64,000 bases of DNA from Eledone cirrhosa (taxonomy: Eukaryota), in contig OZ024747.1 of the NCBI GenBank assembly GCA_964016885.1, forward strand, positions 78,802,001 to 78,866,000, in the 5' to 3' direction. Positions 39,421-54,260 of this stretch are shown piece after piece. Under the pieces are notes generated by a model, which searched no databases, had not been told where the DNA came from, and saw only the letters and a program-made list of their open reading frames with translations. Each line of letters starts with the position of its first letter. Position 1 is the stretch's first letter. The position numbers were made by a program, and so were the translations under genes.

Positions 39421-42400
39421 CTAATTGTAATACGTGACGTATTCTATTCTATAGCGATTAGGTCTTCAAAATGTTTATTATAAACATACAGAATATTTTC
39501 GAATATTCTATGTCTATATTCACATATATATCGCTATTTCAGAGCATTTATTCCAATTTCTAATTTCTGCCGGACCGGCAACCGCTCTTTCAAACCAGTT
39601 CATGTACACAGCTAAGTATTCTATAAGTCTCTAGCTGTGTCATTCTCGATAAAAGCACTGGATATGTAGTCCTGAAGATTTCTAATAAGAATGAAACGCG
39701 TAGATTACTTCCCTTGCTTTTATCGAGAATCTAATTGTAATACGTGACGTATTCTATTCTATAGCGATTAGGTCTTCAAAATGTTTATTATAAACATACA
39801 GAATATTTTCGAATATTCTATGTCTATATTCACATATATATCGCTATTTCAGAGCATTTATTCCAATTTCTAATTTCTGCCGGACCGGCAACCGCTCTTT
39901 CAAACCAGTTCATGTACACAGCTAAGTATTCTATAAGTCTCTAGCTGTGTCATTCTCGATAAAAGCACTGGATATGTAGTCCTGAAGATTTCTAATAAGA
40001 ATGAAACGCGTAGATTACTTCCCTTGCTTTTATCGAGAATCTAATTGTAATACGTGACGTATTCTATTCTATAGCGATTAGGTCTTCAAAATGTTTATTA
40101 TAAACATACAGAATATTTTCGAATATTCTATGTCTATATTCACATATATATCGCTATTTCAGAGCATTTATTCCAATTTCTAATTTCTGCCGGACCGGCA
40201 ACCGCTCTTTCAAACCAGTTCATGTACACAGCTAAGTATTCTATAAGTCTCTAGCTGTGTCATTCTCGATAAAAGCACTGGATATGTAGTCCTGAAGATT
40301 TCTAATAAGAATGAAACGCGTAGATTACTTCCCTTGCTTTTATCGAGAATCTAATTGTAATACGTGACGTATTCTATTCTATAGCGATTAGGTCTTCAAA
40401 ATGTTTATTATAAACATACAGAATATTTTCGAATATTCTATGTCTATATTCACATATATATCGCTATTTCAGAGCATTTATTCCAATTTCTAATTTCTGC
40501 CGGACCGGCAACCGCTCTTTCAAACCAGTTCATGTACACAGCTAAGTATTCTATAAGTCTCTAGCTGTGTCATTCTCGATAAAAGCACTGGATATGTAGT
40601 CCTGAAGATTTCTAATAAGAATGAAACGCGTAGATTACTTCCCTTGCTTTTATCGAGAATCTAATTGTAATACGTGACGTATTCTATTCTATAGCGATTA
40701 GGTCTTCAAAATGTTTATTATAAACATACAGAATATTTTCGAATATTCTATGTCTATATTCACATATATATCGCTATTTCAGAGCATTTATTCCAATTTC
40801 TAATTTCTGCCGGACCGGCAACCGCTCTTTCAAACCAGTTCATGTACACAGCTAAGTATTCTATAAGTCTCTAGCTGTGTCATTCTCGATAAAAGCACTG
40901 GATATGTAGTCCTGAAGATTTCTAATAAGAATGAAACGCGTAGATTACTTCCCTTGCTTTTATCGAGAATCTAATTGTAATACGTGACGTATTCTATTCT
41001 ATAGCGATTAGGTCTTCAAAATGTTTATTATAAACATACAGAATATTTTCGAATATTCTATGTCTATATTCACATATATATCGCTATTTCAGAGCATTTA
41101 TTCCAATTTCTAATTTCTGCCGGACCGGCAACCGCTCTTTCAAACCAGTTCATGTACACAGCTAAGTATTCTATAAGTCTCTAGCTGTGTCATTCTCGAT
41201 AAAAGCACTGGATATGTAGTCCTGAAGATTTCTAATAAGAATGAAACGCGTAGATTACTTCCCTTGCTTTTATCGAGAATCTAATTGTAATACGTGACGT
41301 ATTCTATTCTATAGCGATTAGGTCTTCAAAATGTTTATTATAAACATACAGAATATTTTCGAATATTCTATGTCTATATTCACATATATATCGCTATTTC
41401 AGAGCATTTATTCCAATTTCTAATTTCTGCCGGACCGGCAACCGCTCTTTCAAACCAGTTCATGTACACAGCTAAGTATTCTATAAGTCTCTAGCTGTGT
41501 CATTCTCGATAAAAGCACTGGATATGTAGTCCTGAAGATTTCTAATAAGAATGAAACGCGTAGATTACTTCCCTTGCTTTTATCGAGAATCTAATTGTAA
41601 TACGTGACGTATTCTATTCTATAGCGATTAGGTCTTCAAAATGTTTATTATAAACATACAGAATATTTTCGAATATTCTATGTCTATATTCACATATATA
41701 TCGCTATTTCAGAGCATTTATTCCAATTTCTAATTTCTGCCGGACCGGCAACCGCTCTTTCAAACCAGTTCATGTACACAGCTAAGTATTCTATAAGTCT
41801 CTAGCTGTGTCATTCTCGATAAAAGCACTGGATATGTAGTCCTGAAGATTTCTAATAAGAATGAAACGCGTAGATTACTTCCCTTGCTTTTATCGAGAAT
41901 CTAATTGTAATACGTGACGTATTCTATTCTATAGCGATTAGGTCTTCAAAATGTTTATTATAAACATACAGAATATTTTCGAATATTCTATGTCTATATT
42001 CACATATATATCGCTATTTCAGAGCATTTATTCCAATTTCTAATTTCTGCCGGACCGGCAACCGCTCTTTCAAACCAGTTCATGTACACAGCTAAGTATT
42101 CTATAAGTCTCTAGCTGTGTCATTCTCGATAAAAGCACTGGATATGTAGTCCTGAAGATTTCTAATAAGAATGAAACGCGTAGATTACTTCCCTTGCTTT
42201 TATCGAGAATCTAATTGTAATACGTGACGTATTCTATTCTATAGCGATTAGGTCTTCAAAATGTTTATTATAAACATACAGAATATTTTCGAATATTCTA
42301 TGTCTATATTCACATATATATCGCTATTTCAGAGCATTTATTCCAATTTCTAATTTCTGCCGGACCGGCAACCGCTCTTTCAAACCAGTTCATGTACACA

Positions 42401-42924
42401 GCTAAGTATTCTATAAGTCTCTAGCTGTGTCATTCTCGATAAAAGCACTGGATATGTAGTCCTGAAGATTTCTAATAAGAATGAAACGCGTAGATTACTT
42501 CCCTTGCTTTTATCGAGAATCTAATTGTAATACGTGACGTATTCTATTCTATAGCGATTAGGTCTTCAAAATGTTTATTATAAACATACAGAATATTTTC
42601 GAATATTCTATGTCTATATTCACATATATATCGCTATTTCAGAGCATTTATTCCAATTTCTAATTTCTGCCGGACCGGCAACCGCTCTTTCAAACCAGTT
42701 CATGTACACAGCTAAGTATTCTATAAGTCTCTAGCTGTGTCATTCTCGATAAAAGCACTGGATATGTAGTCCTGAAGATTTCTAATAAGAATGAAACGCG
42801 TAGATTACTTCCCTTGCTTTTATCGAGAATCTAATTGTAATACGTGACGTATTCTATTCTATAGCGATTAGGTCTTCAAAATGTTTATTATAAACATACA
42901 GAATATTTTCGAATATTCTATGTC

Positions 42925-42927
<3 letters not shown>

Positions 42928-42958
<31 letters not shown>

Positions 42959-43263
42959 CATATATATATATACATATATATATATATACATATATATATA
43001 CATATATATACATATATATACATATATATATACATATATATACATATATATATATATATATACATATATACACATACATATATATACATATATATATACA
43101 TATATATACACATATATATACATATATATATATATATACATATATACACATACATATATATACATATATATATACATATATATACATATATATATACATA
43201 TATATACATATATATATATATACATATATACATATATACATATATACATATATATACATATAC

Positions 43264-43322
<59 letters not shown>

Positions 43323-43331
43323 CATATATAC

Positions 43332-43372
<41 letters not shown>

Positions 43373-43427
43373 TATATACACATATATATATACACATATA
43401 TATATATATACATATATGTATATATAC

Positions 43428-43468
<41 letters not shown>

Positions 43469-43483
43469 TACATATATATACAT
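42928..43483. repeat. (TA)n/(TATACA)n microsatellite
   Basis: Directly visible. Confidence 0.98.
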
Positions 43484-43906
43484 AAGACCCGCCTTACCTA
43501 AATATATAGTAAAACCTACTCCAGCCAGTAGGCATCTCTAACAAAATACACCCCGTCCCACCACCACCACCCCCACCCGATCCACACCACCCCGGTCTAT
43601 GTAAAGTTATGTTGGTGCCGCGCCATCGAGGCCGAAACAAATGAGATCGTGTAGGTGTCACGACAAAAAAACACACAGTCCACGCTGTAATGTGGCCGTG
43701 TAGGCAACACGGTAAAAACCTCCCAGACCCACACTGTAAATGTGGTTGGTGTTAGGAAGGGCATCCAACTGTAGAAAACCTGCCAGACAGTCCTATGCGA
43801 GCAAGACAATCACTCTTGCCTCAAGTGGGACTACCCCCTTCCAAACCCATGCAAGCGTGGAACACGGACGTTAAACGTTGATGATGATGATGATGATGAT
43901 GATGAT
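43484..43906 (+). mobile_element. RTE 3' UTR-only insertion with (GAT)n tail
   Basis: Nearly identical to 45405-45924 (aagacccgccttacctaaat...aaacccatgcaagcgtggaacacggacg). Confidence 0.9.
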
Positions 43907-43964
43907 ATACATATATACATATATATATATATACATATATATATACATATACATACATATATAC

Positions 43965-44014
<50 letters not shown>

Positions 44015-44185
44015 ATACATATATATATATACATATATATATATACATATATATATATACATATATATATATACATATATATATACATATTCATATATAC
44101 ATATATATATACATATTCATATATACATATACATATATATATATACATATATACATATATATATATACATATATACATATATGTA

Positions 44186-45924
44186 TATCTTAGCTTTCGT
44201 CGACTTGGAGAAAGCCTTCGACAGTCCCCCGTTCCATTATCTGGTGGTCTCTTAGAAAACTAGGTGTTGACGAATGGCTTGTGAGAGCTATACAAGCCAT
44301 GTATAAAGAAACAGTCAGTAAGGTTAGAATTAACAACGAATATAGTGAAGAGTTTAGCGTAAAAGATGGTGTCCATCAGGGCTCTGTTCTTAGCCCCCTA
44401 CTATTTATTATTGCCCTTCAGGCTATAACAGAGGAGTTCAAGACCGGCTGCCCATGGGAACTCCTATACGCAGATGATCTAACGCTCATAGCTGAATCAA
44501 TGACCGAACTAGAGAAGAAATTCCAAACATGGAAGCACGGCCTAGAATCAAAAGGCCTTAAAATTAACCTGGCTAAGACTAAAGTTCTAGTTTGTAGGAA
44601 AGAAAATAAGGCGGTGGTCCCATCTGGGAAATGGCCATGCTCAGTGTGTAGGAAAGGCGTAGGTAGAAACTCCATTTTATGTCCCAAATGCAAAGTATGG
44701 GTGCATAAAAGATGTAGTGGGATCACAGGTAAGCTAACTAAGAACATAGATTTTACATGTGGCCGGTGCTCTGGTGCAATAAGTAGCAGCAAGTGCCCAC
44801 AAAATACTAGCTCCTTCAACTGCGCAGAGGGTTCTATAGAAATAGTGGACAGCTTCCGTTATCTGGGTGACAAAATCAGCAGTGGGGGAGGGTGCTCTGA
44901 AAGTACAGTAGCTAGAGTCAGAACTGGATGGAAAAAGTTCAGAGAGCTTATACCACTATTAGCCGCTAGAGGGTTCTCCCTAAAAATGAAAGGCAGGTTA
45001 TACGATGCCTGCATACGAACAGCAATGCTGCATGGCAGTGAGACCTGGGCATTGTGTGCAGAGGATATACGCAGACTAGAGAGGAACGAAGCTTGCATGC
45101 TCCGCTGGATGTGCAATAGTAATATACGTGAACGGCAAGCATAAACGAACTAAGGAAAAAATTAGAAATAAGAGGGATCAGATGTTGTTTACTCGAGAGA
45201 AGGCTACGTTGGTACGGTCACGTGATGCGCGTGAAAGACGACAGCTGTATAACAAAGTGCAGGGCAATAAAGATAGACGGTAGCCACGGAGTAGGCAGAC
45301 CCAGAAAAACATGGGACGAGCTGATAAATTCCGACCTCACACGCTTACACCTCTCCAAGACAATGTCACTGGACCGAGACCTTTGGCGGTACTCAGTAAT
45401 AGAGAAGACCCGCCTTACCTAAATACAAAGTAAAAACCTACTACAGTCAGTAGGCATCTCTATCAAAACACACCCCCGTCCCACCACCTCCACCCCACCC
45501 ACACCGCCCCTTTTAATGTAAAGTTATGTTGGTCCCACAACATCCAGGCCGAAACAAATGAGATCGTGTAGGTGTCACGACAAAAAACACACAGTCCACG
45601 CTGTAAATGTGGCCGTGTAGGCAACACGGTAAAAACCTCCCAGCCCCACACTGTAAATGTGGTTGGTGTTAGGAAGGGCATCCAGCTGTAGAAAACCCGC
45701 CAGACAGTTCACGCTGTAATGTGGCCGTGTAGGCAACACGGTAAAAACCTCCCAGCCCCACACTGTAAATGTGGTTGGTGTTAGGAAGGGCATCCAACTG
45801 TAGAAAACCCGCCAGACAGTCCTATGCGAGCAAGACAACCACTCTTGCCTCAAGTGGGAAAACCCCCGTCCAAACCCATGCAAGCGTGGAACACGGACGC
45901 TAAACCTGATGATGATGATGATGA
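44186..45924 (+). mobile_element. 5'-truncated RTE LINE (RT with PHD-like insert, frameshifts, 3' UTR, (GAT)n tail)
   Basis: [66 protein letters not shown] ~115-bp 3' UTR module is duplicated. Confidence 0.92.
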
Positions 45925-46826
<902 letters not shown>

Positions 46827-48960
46827 CGGAGAAAGAGGCAAACAGACACAAAAATCTTATTCCCAGAGATAGGAAAATCCTTATGAGACGTAGAACTAAA
46901 CTCTCAAACCAGTTGAATAGTCAACAAAACAAAAACAAGAAGATATCCTATTTGAAATGTGCATTTCTTGACACCGAGATTGCACTCAAGCTTTGCCATG
47001 AGAATGAGAGGGCAAAGAAAGAGAACAGGGCCATAGAAAACATTAAAACAAATCCTAAGGCCTTCTTTAAATTTGCAAAAGAAACTGCCTAAGTACACTG
47101 CAAGATTGGGCCACTCTTCCATACGGACGGTTCATTAACAGAAAATCCCCAAGAGATATGTGAAATACTGAACGAACAGTACAAAAGTGTGTTCACATGT
47201 CCACTGAGGCACATGCAAATAACGAAGCCAGAGGAGTTCTTTGATGCCAAAACACTACACGAAGAAAAGGCAACCATCAACCACATAGACATAACGGAGG
47301 AGGATGTGGTGTACGCCATTGATGAAATTAGAACAGACTCGGCTGCTGGACCTGATGGATTCCCAGCAGTTCTCTTAAAAATATGTAAGCGGGCCTTAGC
47401 AACTCCACTGAAGATGCTCTTCAGAAGCTCCTTGGCTAGCGGTGTACTACCCAGGGAGCTGAAAGAAGGCACAATATGCCCTATCCATAAAGGAGGTAGC
47501 AGAGCGGAGGCCAAAAACTATAGGCCAGTCTCCCTGACGTCGCATATCAGTAAGGTCATGGAGCGAGTCGTCAGAAAGAAACTGATCACTTTCCTCGAGG
47601 AAAATGACCGCCTGACTAGCACGCAACATGGCTTCCGCCCAGGAAGAAGCTGCCTTACACAGCTGCTACATCACTACGACTGGGTACTGAGACAACTACT
47701 AGACATCTCACATGTGGACGTGATATATCTTGACTTTGCGAAGGCCTTTGACAAGGTCGACCACGGAATGATATGTCACAAACTACATGGACTCGGCATA
47801 ACTGGAAAAGTAGGTGAGTGGCTGCATGACTTCCTAAAGGACAGAAGCCAGGCAGTCGCAGCAAATGGGGCCCTCTCAAAGGAAACACCAATAACAAGTG
47901 GGGTGCCCCAGGGGACAGCTCAGACATGCCCTCTGTAGTACATACAACAACATCCCTCACTAGCTATGCTGATGACACTAAGGCAGCACAGGCAATCAAA
48001 AACCCGGCTGACGCTGCCCTTTTACAGCAGGATCTGGATGCCATATACAAATGGGCAGAAGAAAACAACATACAGTTTAATGCTGGCAAATTCCAAGCCC
48101 TACAATACAAACCTCCAAATAAACCTGCAAACATAAATATAGTGGAACACAACTACACAGGACCAGGAGGGACCGATATCCCCGTGTCAAAATCGATATG
48201 AGACCTGGGCATAGACATGAGCGATGATGCATCTTTTTCTTCACACATCATGAGAGTGGCGACAACGTGCAGACGACTCGCTGGCTGGATCTTGAGGACT
48301 TTCCGGACAAGAGATCGAGACACCATGTTGACACTATGGAGGACATTTGTCCTAAGCCGCCTGGACTACTGCTCCCAGTTGTGTCACCCCATAGTGTCAA
48401 ACTAACCACGGAGCTTGAGGCAATCCAGCGAAGCTACACCAAGAGGATTGCCAAGATGAGGGAGACAAGCTACTGGGAGAGGTTAAAGGAACTGAACCTC
48501 TACTCCTTGGAGCGAAGACGGGAGAGATACACGGGTGATCTACATGTGGAAAATCCTGGAGGTACTAGCAAACTTTGGCATTGGGAGCTGGACCAACCGT
48601 CGAACAGGACGTTACTGTGTGGTGCCAAAGGTCCCGTCTTCCACATCTAGAATAAGGAGCAGGTATTGCAATAGCCTGGGATTCAAGGGCCCTCAACTCT
48701 TCAACAGGCTGCCGAGGGATCTGAGAGATTTGCATGACGTGGAGGTGGATGTCTTCAAGAAACATCTCGACACCTTGCTATCCAGGATCTCGGATGAGCC
48801 CACAGCAAGACACGAGGGAAACCTAAGGGCAGCAGCAACAAACTCCCTCTTACACCAGTGGCCAACCTATACAGGCTGGGGATAAAATGTGTAGCAACAA
48901 GGGCGGTGCCCCAGCATGGCCTCAGCCAGATGGCTGAAACAGGTAAAAGAGTAAAATAGT
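46827..48960 (+). mobile_element. 5'-truncated, mutated CR1-group LINE (different subfamily from 35272)
   Basis: SAAGPDG, NYRPVSLTSH, QHGFRPGRSC, YLDFAKAFDKVDH, SGVPQGT followed by a small deletion, YADDTK, RLDYCSQL, LYSLERRRERY. Contains stops and frameshifts. 3' end ggtgccccagcatggcc...gtaaaagagtaaaa. Confidence 0.9.
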
Positions 48961-48968
48961 ATATATAC

Positions 48969-49016
<48 letters not shown>

Positions 49017-49032
49017 ACATATATATATATAC

Positions 49033-49065
<33 letters not shown>

Positions 49066-49071
49066 CATATA

Positions 49072-52000
49072 CCACACACCACCACAATTTCCCTCCCCCC
49101 CACCCCCACACACCACCACAATTTCCCTCCCCCCCCCACCCCCACACACCACCATAGTCTATTCGACCAATCAAACCTAGCATGCCATTTCCACTGCTGC
49201 TGCTACTACCTGCCTAACTAACTCTCTCCTCCTCTGGCGCATCCCAACACACCCTGCCATTACCCCACCACCACTGTTCTTCTAGCCCTCAATTTTCCCA
49301 CCGTTATGGATGGATGAGCTGGGAATACACGAGCAACTCTGAATCAATAGATGAAATATGAATCTGCGAGCTACCAAGCACCCACGTGAAGCGCCAACCC
49401 AGAGACCCTCCCCTACGAGTGTCGACAAATGCCCAAAACTCCGAGTTGGTACCATCAATGTAGGCTCAATGAAAGGAAGAGCAGGAGAAATCGTAGAAAT
49501 GCTAGAGCGAAAGGAAGTTGATGTATGCTGTGTGCAAGAGACTAGATGGAGAGGAGGGTCTGCTAGAGTCCTTGTAGGAAAAAGCCAGTGCTACAAATTT
49601 TTCTGGGTGGGAAATGACGATGGGATGGGTGGTGTAGGTATACTATTAGCTGACAAGTGGGTAGATAAAGTAATCTCAGTGTACAGGGTAAATGCAAGAA
49701 TCATTAAACTTAGACTAGTCCTGAATAAGACAATTACCACAATAATATCAGCTTACGCACCCCAATCGGGGCTGCCAGACGAACTTAAGGATAGGTTTTA
49801 CGAGTCCCTAATACACACTACTGCTCTAATAGACGACAAGGACTTCCTAATCATTGCAGGAGATTTTAACGGACACGTAGGTAAACACTGCGACGGCTTC
49901 AATAGAGTACATGGAGGCCATGGAGTTGGCACAAGGAATGAGGAAGGATTCAGACTTCTAGAATTCTGCGACGCCAATGACATGTCGATATGTAACACAA
50001 ACTTTAAAAAACCCGACAACCACCTGATCACCTATAGATCAGGGGAGCACTCTAGTCAGTTAGATTTTATCCTCATCAGAGGACGTGACAGATGGACGGT
50101 CGTAAACACAAAAGCCTTCCCTAGTGAGGAATGTACATCCCAACATAGCTTAGTTGTCAGCGACCTCACGGTCAGAACTAGACGAGCCCTGAAACAGAGG
50201 CCAACCTGGAGAAGAAAGATCTGGAAGCTGAAAGTCCCCTCAACCAGTAACAGATTTAAAGATATTTTACTCAACGCCTACGACAGTAAAGAAGAACAGA
50301 TACAGACATTTAACGTAGAAGAGAACTGGGAGTTCCTAAAAAATAACTTACTAGAGGCGACGGATGAGGTTTGTGGCTGGAGTAAGACCTCAAGCAGGAG
50401 GAGAGTGACTTGGTGGTGGAACAATAAGGTAGATGAAGCAGTCAAGGCCAAGAGACAGGCATGGAAAGAATGGAAGAACGGGGGGAGCAGGGTACATTAC
50501 ATAGAGACCAAGAGGGAAGCTAGGCGATAAGTATACTTAGCTAGGAGGGAAGCAGAGGATAGAAAATTCAAGCATGTTTTACAACGTGAGGACCAGAAAC
50601 AGGAGGTATTCAAGATTGCGAGGCAGTGTGTCAGAGATAGTTGTGATGTCATTGGAGAGAAGTGTATCCGGAATGATAAAGGTGAGCTTGCCCTCACAAG
50701 TGCTGAGAAGAAAGGTGCATGGAAGAGTCATTATGATAGATTACTAAATGAGGAGAATGCATGGGAAGAAGAGACCCTACCCCACGTAGACCCTATAGAG
50801 GGACCAGCAGTACAAGTCAGCGGCAGCGTAGTAAGTAAGGCAATCAGAGATATGAAGATAGGGAAGGCAACCGGTCCATCGGGTATAGCTGCCGAGATGC
50901 TGAAGGCATCTGGGTCTGTAGGTCACACTATAACCACACGTATCGTTAACCAGGTAATACTAGAGGGGGCCATACCAAAAGATTGGTGCAGTAGCATCAT
51001 TGTCAACTGCTACAAAGGTAAAGGCGATGCACTAGATAGAGGAAACTATAGAGGTATAAAGTTGATGGACCAGGTCATGAAAGTAACAGAAAGAGTTATA
51101 GCACAGCTGATTAGGGACCGGGTGAATATAGACGAGATGCAATTTGGGTTTGTACCAGGGAAAGGCACCACTGATGCCCTCTTCCTTGTGAGGCAATTAC
51201 AGGAAAAGTACCTAGCTAAAAGTAAGCCACTCTACTTGGCATTTGTCGACCTTGAGAAAGCCTTTGACAGAGTTCCACGTGCAGTAATCTGGTGGGCTCT
51301 TAGAAAACTAGGAGTAGATGAATGGCTTGTGAAAGCGGTACAAGCCATGTATAGGGGAGCAGTCAGCAAAGTTAGGATTGGCAATGAGTATAGCGAGGAA
51401 TTTAGCGTACAGGTTGGGGTCCACCAGGGCTCTGTTCTTAGCCCTCTCCTGTTCATCATAGTCCTGCAGGCAATAACGGAGGAGTTTAAGACCGGATGCC
51501 CATGGGAACTCCTGTATGCTGATGACCTCGCACTCATAGCTGAATCTATGGTAGAACTAGAGAATAAATTCCAAACCTGGAAGCAGGGACTAGAGAGAAA
51601 GGGCCTCAAAGTCAACATGACAAAGACTAAGGTCCTTGTAAGTAGACGAGAAAACAGAACCCAGATCCCCTCAGGGAAATGGCCTTGCTCAGTATGTAGG
51701 AAAGGTGTAGGTAGGAACTCCATTCTCTGCCCCAAATGCAAACAATGGGTACACAAGAGATGTAGCGGGATCTCAGGAAGCTTAATTAAGAATGTAGGAT
51801 TCACATGCAGCAGCTGTGCTGAAACAGCAAGCAAACAGCCACAGGAAACAAGTACCACCAATCTCTGGGAGGGCCCTGTAGAAACAGTAGACAGCTTCTG
51901 CTACCTAGGTGACCGAATTAGCAACGGAGGTGGGTGCTCAGAAAGTACAATAACTAGGGTAAGAACGGGATGGAAGAAGTTTAGGGAACTACTACCACTG

Positions 52001-52774
52001 CTAGCTGCAAAAGGCTTCTCCCTCAGAATGAAAGGCAGACTGTATGATGCGTGTATCCGAACAGCGATGTTGCATGGTAGTGAGACCTGGGCGCTGAAGG
52101 TGGAAGACTTACGTAGATTAGAGAGAAACGAAGCCTGCATGCTCCGATGGATGTGTAACAGTAATATACGTGAACGACAAAGCATAAAGGAATTGAGAGA
52201 GAGACTGAGCATAAGAGGAATCAAATGCTGCGTGCAGGAGAGGCGGTTACGCTGGTATGGACATGTGATGCGTATGAAGGATGACAGCTGCATAAAAAGG
52301 TGCAGAGCACTAGAAGTTGATGGAAACCGCGGAGTGGGGAGACCCAAGATGACTTGGGATGAGGTGATAAAAGCCGACCTTACCCAACTACACCTCTCAA
52401 AGTCAATGACACACGACCGTGACTTCTGGCGTCACGCAGTAATACAGGGTACCCGACCTCCCATGGGTACATGCTGAAGCATATAAACAATATGCCCCCC
52501 CCCCCCACCGCAAGGTGGCCGTGGAGGTGCCACGGCAAAAAAGCACCCAGCCCACACTGTAAAGTGGACGTGTAGGCGCCACGAAAAAGCACCCAGCACT
52601 CACTGTAAATGAGGTTGGTGTTAGGAAGGGCATCCAGCTGTAGAAATCAAGCCAGATCAGTTCCTGTATGAGCAAGGCATGGTCAGCCGACCAGACACTG
52701 CCCACAACAGGACAACCCGTCTAACCCATGCTAGCGTGGAAGAACGGACGTGTGATGATGATGATGATGATGAT
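49072..52774 (+). mobile_element. Full-length RTE LINE with (GAT)n tail
   Basis: C-rich 5' end, APE endonuclease + RT ORF, and a 3' UTR related to 45420-45924. TA repeats on both sides. Confidence 0.92.
49358..52477 (+). pseudogene. RTE ORF (APE endonuclease + RT + PHD-like insert) interrupted by one in-frame TAA at 50528-50530
   Basis: Endonuclease motifs GTINV, CVQETRW, ISAYAPQ, AGDFNGH, LDFIL, QH. RT motifs [30 protein letters not shown]. The frame reads open from 50531 through to the 541-aa ORF. Confidence 0.9.
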
Positions 52775-52790
52775 ACATATATACATATAC

Positions 52791-52821
<31 letters not shown>

Positions 52822-52862
52822 CATATATATATATACATATATATATATACATATATATATAC

Positions 52863-52899
<37 letters not shown>

Positions 52900-53033
52900 C
52901 ATATATACATATATATATATATACATATATATATACATATATATATATACATATATATATATATACATATATATATATACATATATACACATACATATAT
53001 ATATACACATACATATATATATACATACATATA

Positions 53034-53381
53034 TGAAAAAGAACACAAGAGCGTCTACAACATCAAAAGATTTTTATTGGCTTACAATGTTTCTTCCTTA
53101 CGTAACCGTAGGATTCGTCAGAGCTATAAAAGGGGTTTGATTGGTGCTATGGACTCTACCAACCAAACATTCAAGAACAAAGAGTAAAGAGAGTAAAGAG
53201 CAAAAGTAGGGGACGATAAGTCTAATTTTGGTGCGGGAGGGTGGGGTGTGGGTCCTTGTTTACTAGCTACAGTCATATTCATTCCCGGGAGTCGGGTGGT
53301 TAGCTGAACCATAGATGGGGTGGCGTCGATAGTATGGTGCAGAGGGTGTGCAGAGGCTACACAAACACAAAGGGCATACAA
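53034..53381 (-). mobile_element. Probable PLE pLTR fragment with a hammerhead, between (TA)n runs
   Basis: The minus strand reads gcu-CUGACGA-AUCCUACG(GUUA)CGUAAGGAA-GAAACAUUGUA-agc, followed immediately by AAUAAA. Confidence 0.6.
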
Positions 53382-54147
53382 TATATATATATATATAGCG
53401 GAGGAGAAAGTACATGAGGTAATTAGAAATGGAAAAAGAGTAATAATAATAATCTATAATTAATTGTTTCTACTTTTGGCACAAGGCCAGCAATTACCCA
53501 GTGTATAATAAGGCATGGGGAAGATTACATTATAATAAGGTATAAAAGTAAGAATAAGGTAAAATATAAAGGAGGATAAAAGTGGAAATAATAAAGATAA
53601 AAAAATATATATATAGAGAATATATAAAGAAATATAAGCGAATATTTGGAGGGGAAAACACAATGTAAAAAAACACATATATATACACACACATATATAT
53701 ACACACATATATATATACACATATATATACACACATATATATATACACACATATATATATACACACATATATACATACATATATCCATACATATATACAT
53801 ACATATATACATACATATATACATACATATATACATACATACATACATACATATACATATATACATACATACATACATATACATATATATACATATATAT
53901 ATATATATACATATATACATATACATATATACATATATACATATATATATATATACACATATATATATATACACATATATAAACATATATATATATATAT
54001 ATATACATGTATACACATATATATATATATACATGTATACACATATATATACACATATATATATATACACATATATATATATACACATATACATATATAT
54101 ACAAATATACACATACATATATATATTATATATATATATATATACAC

Positions 54148-54184
<37 letters not shown>

Positions 54185-54260
54185 ATACATATATATATAT
54201 ACATATATATACATATATATATATACATATATATATACATATATATATACATATATATAT

